Shown here: piece after piece, positions 57,772 through 64,000 of the stretch
How positions within the stretch are numbered: the first letter of the stretch is position 1
How the letters are laid out: every line of letters starts with the position of its first letter
Assembly (NCBI GenBank): GCA_045629525.1
Contig: JAZQRH010000012.1
Location: 24,023-88,022, forward strand
Reading direction: 5' to 3'
Origin: Pedobacter sp.
GTDB lineage: Bacteria > Bacteroidota > Bacteroidia > Sphingobacteriales > Sphingobacteriaceae
Length of the DNA: 64,000 bases
Translations under genes and position numbers: made by a program
The notes under the pieces: generated by a model
Told to the model about the DNA's origin: nothing
What the model saw: only the letters and a program-made list of their open reading frames with translations
The model's database searches: none

Positions 57772-58788
57772 CTAGGCTTTTGTACAGTGCTTTGCGTAAA
57801 AATGCTTTTTAAAATCCTTGTACTGCTTGATTGCGCCTATTTTGTGCATCATTTTTATATAGTACCAAGCTAAGTCAATTTGGTGAGGCTTAAAGCCACT
57901 TCTCGCACTTTTAGGGTACAAATGATGATTGTTGTGCCATTCTCCAGCTACAAATCCTGGCCAAAGTTGATTGATTGAATTATCCTTGAGGTTATAGTCA
58001 ACGCCATTTCGCTTCTTATCTTCTCCCTTACCATGTCCTTCATAGTTGAAAGTACGAACACCAATACCCCAAAATCCAGCAGCGCCAAACAAAGTACATG
58101 CCAATGCATGTCCACCCATTAAGTAAAATGCAGCATACCAGAATGCCCAGTTTCCCAACCAAGCTAAAATTGCTCCTTTTGGATTTACATACGAGCCCCA
58201 TCTTAAATATTGAGTGTAGGTGTTTGATTTAACACCAGTATGTTCCATTAATTTTTGCACCCGAATAAACTCTGCCTCACTCAGGTTTTTTGCTATAGGT
58301 TGATGATTGACATCCGCTAGGAAGCAATACAAGAATCCAGCTTGCGCATTATAAGGGTCGCCCGGTTTATCTGAAAGTGAGTGGTGCACATGGTGAGAGA
58401 TCACGTAAATTTCTTCAGGGATCACATTTATGGTTAAATTTTGTGTAAAAAAACGCCAAAATTTATTGCTAAACGTGTAGGCTCCATGAGTACAATAGCG
58501 ATGGTGCCAAATGGTTCCATGTGTACCCATTATAATCATGCTGTACACGAAAGCTGCAGCAACGGTCCACCACTCTAAGTAATAAATAATGAAAATAAAG
58601 AAAAAGGGTATTAAACATAGGATTTTAACCCAGCTAAAAAGAGGTAGCCAGTTTCGTTTATCCTTAATGATATTTAACCGTGAAAAAAATTCTTTTAAGA
58701 TTTGAGTGCTGGTAGGTTTAATGAGGTTACTGTTTTCATCCTTCCACCCATACGCAGGCGGTTGCAGGACTTTTTCGAAGAAGTGCAT
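57772..58788 (-). CDS. Membrane fatty acid desaturase (delta-9-like)
   Basis: Three His boxes: HHRYCTH, HHVHH and WHNNHH; TM segments. Confidence 0.9.
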   Translation of the reverse strand: MHFFEKVLQPPAYGWKDENSNLIKPTSTQILKEFFSRLNIIKDKRNWLPLFSWVKILCLIPFFFIFIIYYLEWWTVAAAFVYSMIIMGTHGTIWHHRYCTHGAYTFSNKFWRFFTQNLTINVIPEEIYVISHHVHHSLSDKPGDPYNAQAGFLYCFLADVNHQPIAKNLSEAEFIRVQKLMEHTGVKSNTYTQYLRWGSYVNPKGAILAWLGNWAFWYAAFYLMGGHALACTLFGAAGFWGIGVRTFNYEGHGKGEDKKRNGVDYNLKDNSINQLWPGFVAGEWHNNHHLYPKSARSGFKPHQIDLAWYYIKMMHKIGAIKQYKDFKKHFYAKHCTKA

Positions 58789-59109
58789 TAATTCAGAAAT
58801 GTTGGTTTAGTTAAATTTAGATGTGCCACGAAATTTAATGCAAGATAGGAAATAAAACACAAGGCGCCGAGAAATGTAGTGCAAAAGCATTTCTGGTCTT
58901 TTGGTTCAAATCCAAGGTCTTTGTTAATTAAGGTGTTAGCATAGTTTTCATGAAAGTTGCTTTAGTGGCGGACAGATTTCGGAAAAATTGTTAAGCTTTT
59001 TATTTGTAAGAAGCTTTGATCTTTTCTTTGGAAATGTTTAAAAATATTGCATTTTGCTAATTTAATCTTGAACTTTATTTACTTCATATAGCTATATTAG
59101 AGGACACCA

Positions 59110-59691
59110 ATGAGTAGCCTAAAATTTACGTTTAGTAGTTTTCGAGAAGGAAATTACAGTGCATTTAGCTATATAATGGCCAAGCATATTCATGCGCTTA
59201 CTTTTCATGCTTATAAGTATTGTAAAAGTAAAGAGGTTGCAGAGGAAATTGTAGCAGATAGCTTTACGAAACTTTGGGAACGGAGAGAAAATTTCGAAAG
59301 CGAATTAAATGTAAAGGCATTTCTCTACTTGACTACGCGAAATGCATGTTTAGATTACTTAAAATCTCAATTAGCAGCGAAAAGTAAGCTGTATTTACCA
59401 TTAGAAGACAATTTGCTACATGATGCAGTGGACCCACTCACGCACTTGATTCACGCCGAATTAATAAAAGAGCTCCATGAGGAAATTAAGAATTTACCGC
59501 AACGCCAGGCTCAAGTGTTTACCATGAGCTATCTTGAGGGAGCCAGTTCTACTGAGATTTGTGAAAAGCTAAATATTACTCCCAACGCTTTTTACATAGC
59601 GAAAAAGAAAGCAACAGACGCGATTAAGAAGGTTTTTTCAGAAGAAATGCTATTGATTCTCATCGCTATTGGTCGCTTTTTTCAGCCTTAA
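59110..59691 (+). CDS. ECF sigma factor (Bacteroidota expansion family)
   Basis: AEEIVADSF.KLW, FLYLTTRNACLDYL and LP.RQAQVF.MSYLEG.S..EI...L.I. Confidence 0.92.
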   Translation: MSSLKFTFSSFREGNYSAFSYIMAKHIHALTFHAYKYCKSKEVAEEIVADSFTKLWERRENFESELNVKAFLYLTTRNACLDYLKSQLAAKSKLYLPLEDNLLHDAVDPLTHLIHAELIKELHEEIKNLPQRQAQVFTMSYLEGASSTEICEKLNITPNAFYIAKKKATDAIKKVFSEEMLLILIAIGRFFQP

Positions 59692-59758
59692 TAAAAAATG
59701 TCTTTTTTTTTTGGAAAGATTTACTCTTGAATATCGTTTCTATTAAAAAAATAAACGT

Positions 59759-60964
59759 GTGAAAGACTTTTCAAGAATTATTTATCTTTTTAAAAGAGAA
59801 ATTAACAACACTATTACTTCGTCAGAACTTGAGGAGTTGTTGCTTTGGGCAAAGGAAAGTGCAGATAACCAAAAATTATTCGACCACCTTATGGAGAGAA
59901 ATAATCTGTTGGGTGATATTCGACTATATCAAGAACTTTGGAATGAGGAAGAAACAAATGACAGGACAAAGCGCATTTTAGCAACAGTAAAAAGTAGCGT
60001 TCAGCCTTCTTCATTAAAGTTAAGACCTTGGCTACTATATGCGGCTGCGGTACTGGTCATTGGTTTTGTTGCAGTGTACTGGAATTCGAGCAGAAATTTG
60101 ATGGAGCAATCTCCCTTGGTTAGCCAAGAAGATGTTTTGCCTGGAGGCAATCGAGCGATTTTAAAATTATCTGGAAATAGAGTAGTAAGGCTAAATGAAG
60201 ATCAGTCGGGGATTACAATGGGCGCTCATATTACCTACCTAGACGGGACGGCGATTATCGAAAACTCTAATGTACCAGAGACGATAACTTTGGAGACGCC
60301 TTCGGGAGGAAATTATCAGGTTGTACTGCCAGACGGTTCTAAAGTTTGGTTGAATGCTAATAGTTCTATTTCTTATCCTTCGGTATTTCCATCCAATGAG
60401 CGTGAAGTTCAACTAAATGGAGAGGCATATTTTGAAATAAAATCAAAACTTGCTAATGGAAGAAAAATACCTTTCACTGTAAAAACTAAAGAGCAGTTAA
60501 TTTGGGTAACGGGCACGGAGTTTAATGTTAATGCCTACGCCGAGGGAGAGCATACAAAAACTACTTTAATTCAGGGTGCGGTTACGGTTGAAAATACAAG
60601 ATCGAAATATAGAAAAGTAATTTCGCCTACCGAGCAGGCTATTAATAACGGCAACGGTATCAACGTTGCGCCGGTGGAGATAAATAATGTTCTAGCATGG
60701 AAAAAAGGTCAATTCTCATTTGACAACAAATCATTTGAGGAAATTATCAAAGAGATGGCACGATGGTATAACCTTAAGGTGGAGTACATCGGCGGCATCC
60801 CAAATGACAGGTTTATGGGCAACGCCTACAAAACCGACAAACTTAAAACCGTTTTGAATTTCCTTGAAAACAGTACTATCGGATATCAGATAAGAACGTA
60901 TAAGACTGGGCAAACTAAACTTATTATTAAAAACAAATCATCAGAAAGGAGGAAAGAAAAATAA
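59759..60964 (+). CDS. FecR-family anti-sigma factor
   Basis: TM, then PGGNRAIL, TP.GG.YQVVLPDGSKVWLNANSSISYP, V.L.GEAYFE, V.GTEFNVNAY and LAWK.G.F.F. Confidence 0.93.
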   Translation: MKDFSRIIYLFKREINNTITSSELEELLLWAKESADNQKLFDHLMERNNLLGDIRLYQELWNEEETNDRTKRILATVKSSVQPSSLKLRPWLLYAAAVLVIGFVAVYWNSSRNLMEQSPLVSQEDVLPGGNRAILKLSGNRVVRLNEDQSGITMGAHITYLDGTAIIENSNVPETITLETPSGGNYQVVLPDGSKVWLNANSSISYPSVFPSNEREVQLNGEAYFEIKSKLANGRKIPFTVKTKEQLIWVTGTEFNVNAYAEGEHTKTTLIQGAVTVENTRSKYRKVISPTEQAINNGNGINVAPVEINNVLAWKKGQFSFDNKSFEEIIKEMARWYNLKVEYIGGIPNDRFMGNAYKTDKLKTVLNFLENSTIGYQIRTYKTGQTKLIIKNKSSERRKEK

Positions 60965-61067
60965 AAATTTTAAAATAAATGCGAGAAGAGCATTGGAAAA
61001 ACTGTATCGACTAAATTCAGTTGATGCAGTAGAATCACTATAATATTTACAACAACCAAAACCGATA

Positions 61068-64000
61068 ATGAAGAAAAATTATTTACCAAGCTTCTTAAAG
61101 TTACTCGTGGTGTTTTTAATATCGAGTTCACTTTATGCAAGTGCAGCTGGCTATTCACAAACCATTACTTTAAAAGCGCATAACTTGTCTCTTATTAAAG
61201 CGTTAGATGCAATTAGACAACAAACCGATTATGCAGTATACGTTAACTTAAGCTACCTTTCGGAGGCGAAACCAGTAACATTAAATGCTACCAACATGCC
61301 GTTAGAAGAGTATTTGAATAAAGTGTTGTCCAATCAACCTTTAAAGGCGATTATTGAGGACAAGACAATTATCCTTTCAAAGAAAAATCCGACCGATTTT
61401 AACGTCGAGCGTGCTGTTGAGACTGCTCGTCCAATTGCTCAAATAACAGTAACCGGACAAGTAACTTCACTAGAAGACGGTAATCCAGTAACTGCAAGTA
61501 TTTCTATAAAGGGAACAACAAAAGGCGTTTCTACAGATTTAGAGGGGAATTATAAATTAACTGGTGTAAAACCTGATGATGTTCTTATTTTTTCCTCTGT
61601 AGGGTACGAAAACAAAGAAATTAGTGTTGGAGGGCGTAGCCAAATTAGCGTTAAAATGGCGCTTCAGCTCGAGACCTTAAACCAAGTGATGGTAGTTGCC
61701 TACGGTACAGCTAAGAAAAGCACGTTTACCGGTTCGGCAGCGGTTATTGGAGAAGAAACCTTCAAAAACAGACCATCTACAGAGATTTCACAAGCGCTAA
61801 CTGGCTCAACACCAGGCTTGCAAATAGGTACATCTAATGGTCAGCCAGGTTCTGAGCCGACGATAAGAATTCGTGGTATTGGTTCTTTCAATGCAAGTAA
61901 CGATCCATTAATCATTTTAGATGGAGTGCCTTATGATAATGCTTTGAGTAGTATCAACCCAAATGATATTGAGAGTGTTACTGTGTTGAAAGATGCATCT
62001 TCGGCAGCTCTATATGGTTCAAGAGGTGCTAATGGTGTTTTATTAATTAACACAAAAAAGGGCAAAGCTGGAAAACCTAAAGTAGATGCAAAATATAATT
62101 TCGGCTTAACTTCTCGTCAAAGTTCTGATTATGAGCGCTTAAATGACCGAGATTATATGGAGTTGTATTGGGAAGCTACCCGTAACTCTTATGTGTTAAA
62201 CGGACAAGATGTTGCTAGTGCAAACGCACAAGCTGGGTCAGCTTTATTAGCTGGTTTAGGATACAATCCTTATTTAATGCCCGCTTCAACCTTGTTTGAT
62301 AGCAACGGAAAATTAAACCCGGCTGCGGTAAACCATTGGGCAGAAGATACCGATTGGTATGGCGGGATTACAAGAACTGGTCGTAGACATGATGCCAATT
62401 TCTCTATTAGTGGAGGTGGCGAAAAGGGCGATTACTACACCTCTTTAGGTTATGTACAAGAAGAAGGTTTTATCAAAGGTTCTGTTTATGACAGACTTTC
62501 AGCAAAGGGAAATGTAAATTCGCAAATTACAAAGTGGTTAAAAATTGGTTCAAATTTAACTTACGCTTATGCTAAGTCTAATGGAGAACAATCTGAAACC
62601 AGTGGTGCTATTTCCAATCCGTTTAGAGCAACCCGTTATTTAGGAAATATTTTTCCAATCCATTTGCACGATCCAAATACTGGAGAATATATTTTAGATG
62701 TTAATGGGGATAAGATCCCAGATTTTGGAAGTGGCTGGACTTCTAACGATGGTACTATAGTGATCGGTGGTCGTGATGGTTTTGCAGGAAGTAATCATCC
62801 ATTTGAAGTAAACAATACTTACAGAGGAGGATTACGCCACACAGTTAACCTAAAAGGATACGCTGATGTAACCTTAGCTAAGGGATTAAAATTCACTGCT
62901 AATGGATCTTTAGGTGCCAACGTTTTTCGTAGTTGGAGTGGTGATTTTATATATCCTCAAAAAGGAAATGCTGGTGCAGCTACACAAAATACATCAAATA
63001 CCACTACTTGGAACTTTCAACAATTACTAACTTATGCTAAGGATTTTGGTAAGCATCATTTTGATGTTTTAGCAGGCCATGAAAGCTACAAATTTCAATA
63101 TTGGTATATGTCAACTTCCATGAAAACTCAAACTATTGCTGGCAATAATTATGAGTATGCCAATTTTAACGAAATTAATGCAAACCCAAATTCCTACACC
63201 CATAATCTTAGAATAGAAGGTTATTTATCTAGGTTAAATTACGATTATAATGAGAAATATTTCGCTTCTGCCTCTTATAGAAAGGATGCTTCATCAAGAT
63301 TTAGTCCCAGTACAAGATGGGGTGATTTTTGGTCGGCAGGTGCTGGATGGGCTATCGATAAAGAATCATTTATGGATAACATTAAGTTTGTAAATCAGTT
63401 AAAATTAAGAGTTTCTTATGGTGTTGTTGGTAATGATGGTTTAGACAACTATTATCCTTGGAGAGCTACCTATGCACCAAGTAATAATGGTGAGCCCGGA
63501 TACGTTCAAGCAAGTTTAGGAAATAGAGCATTAACTTGGGAAACATCAAAAAACTTTGATGCAGGTATTGATTTTGCCCTACTAAAAAATAGATTGACAG
63601 GTACTGTTGAGGTTTTCAATAGACAATCAAGCGATTTATTGTTTAATGTTCCGCAACCAATTTCATCTGGTATTGGAAGTATTGTTCAAAATGCTGGAAC
63701 CATGTATAATAAAGGTATCGAGTTAAGTTTAGATGGGAAAATTCTTAAATCCAACGATTGGTCCATCAGTTTAAATGCAAACTCAACCTTCTTAAAGAAC
63801 AAACTTACATCTTTACCAGTCGATCCGTATAGTTCCTCAATTTACAAAATTCAAGCAGGCCATTCGAGATATGATTATTGGTTAAGAGAGTGGTATGGCG
63901 TAAACCCTGCAACTGGTTTTAACTTATACCGAGCAGATTTAGATCAGTTTACTTTTACACCCGCTGAAATTGTAGAAATTGATGGGGTATCTTATACCGA
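61068..64000 (+). CDS. susC: SusC/RagA TonB-dependent transporter with N-terminal STN signalling domain (3' truncated)
   Basis: Manual translation from ATG 61068: MKKNYLPSFLKLLVVFLISSSLYASAAGYSQTITLK...; VVAYGTAKK..FTGS, IRIRGIGS and LKDASSAALYGSRGANGVLLINTKKG signature. Confidence 0.95.
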   Translation, partial: MKKNYLPSFLKLLVVFLISSSLYASAAGYSQTITLKAHNLSLIKALDAIRQQTDYAVYVNLSYLSEAKPVTLNATNMPLEEYLNKVLSNQPLKAIIEDKTIILSKKNPTDFNVERAVETARPIAQITVTGQVTSLEDGNPVTASISIKGTTKGVSTDLEGNYKLTGVKPDDVLIFSSVGYENKEISVGGRSQISVKMALQLETLNQVMVVAYGTAKKSTFTGSAAVIGEETFKNRPSTEISQALTGSTPGLQIGTSNGQPGSEPTIRIRGIGSFNASNDPLIILDGVPYDNALSSINPNDIESVTVLKDASSAALYGSRGANGVLLINTKKGKAGKPKVDAKYNFGLTSRQSSDYERLNDRDYMELYWEATRNSYVLNGQDVASANAQAGSALLAGLGYNPYLMPASTLFDSNGKLNPAAVNHWAEDTDWYGGITRTGRRHDANFSISGGGEKGDYYTSLGYVQEEGFIKGSVYDRLSAKGNVNSQITKWLKIGSNLTYAYAKSNGEQSETSGAISNPFRATRYLGNIFPIHLHDPNTGEYILDVNGDKIPDFGSGWTSNDGTIVIGGRDGFAGSNHPFEVNNTYRGGLRHTVNLKGYADVTLAKGLKFTANGSLGANVFRSWSGDFIYPQKGNAGAATQNTSNTTTWNFQQLLTYAKDFGKHHFDVLAGHESYKFQYWYMSTSMKTQTIAGNNYEYANFNEINANPNSYTHNLRIEGYLSRLNYDYNEKYFASASYRKDASSRFSPSTRWGDFWSAGAGWAIDKESFMDNIKFVNQLKLRVSYGVVGNDGLDNYYPWRATYAPSNNGEPGYVQASLGNRALTWETSKNFDAGIDFALLKNRLTGTVEVFNRQSSDLLFNVPQPISSGIGSIVQNAGTMYNKGIELSLDGKILKSNDWSISLNANSTFLKNKLTSLPVDPYSSSIYKIQAGHSRYDYWLREWYGVNPATGFNLYRADLDQFTFTPAEIVEIDGVSYT

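Noticed and set aside
57630-58788. Possible tRNA-anchored genomic island
   Set aside because: No integrase and no duplicated tRNA 3' end were seen in the window; a normal terminator follows the tRNA.
60970-61158. 62-aa minus ORF and the short MREEHWKNCID ORF at 60979
   Set aside because: They overlap the susC start region or are only 11 codons; the true susC frame begins at ATG 61068.
1-64000. CRISPR arrays, transposases, prophage, rRNA
   Set aside because: I saw no regularly spaced repeats, DDE/integrase motifs, phage genes or rRNA-like sequence.

Overview
A 64-kb, AT-rich, mostly core-genome window from a Bacteroidota (most likely Sphingobacteriaceae/Pedobacter-like) chromosome, judged from TAnnTTTG -7 promoter elements, SusC/ECF/FecR, a T9SS C-terminal domain, bshC and the rpmB-rpmG-DUF4295-ftsY-rimO order. 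It begins inside a TamB/AsmA-type gene and ends inside a SusC-type TonB-dependent transporter. It contains cdd, an amidohydrolase/serine hydrolase pair, rdgB, surA-moxR, parC, mlaEF, a PspC/toast-rack/RDD module, ispG, yjbQ, a large heme cluster (hemA, hemC-hemD fusion, hemB, hemL, two-component system, TPR protein, hemE, hemJ), bshC, acs, an M16 peptidase, surE-lpxB, tRNA-Ala(GGC) and a desaturase. I found no CRISPR array, transposase, integrase or prophage. The strongest novelty candidate is a TPP riboswitch with a ~70-nt extra helix that controls a PnuC/PnuT transporter translationally coupled to an orphan group-D flavin monooxygenase, which suggests an undescribed thiamine salvage step. 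Other leads are a sliding-clamp-like motif (QGKLF) at the end of a disordered ParC tail, an intramembrane-type three-component regulator inside the heme cluster, a Fur-like box upstream of hemA, and a HolD(psi)-like protein. All family assignments come from motif recognition, not database searches.
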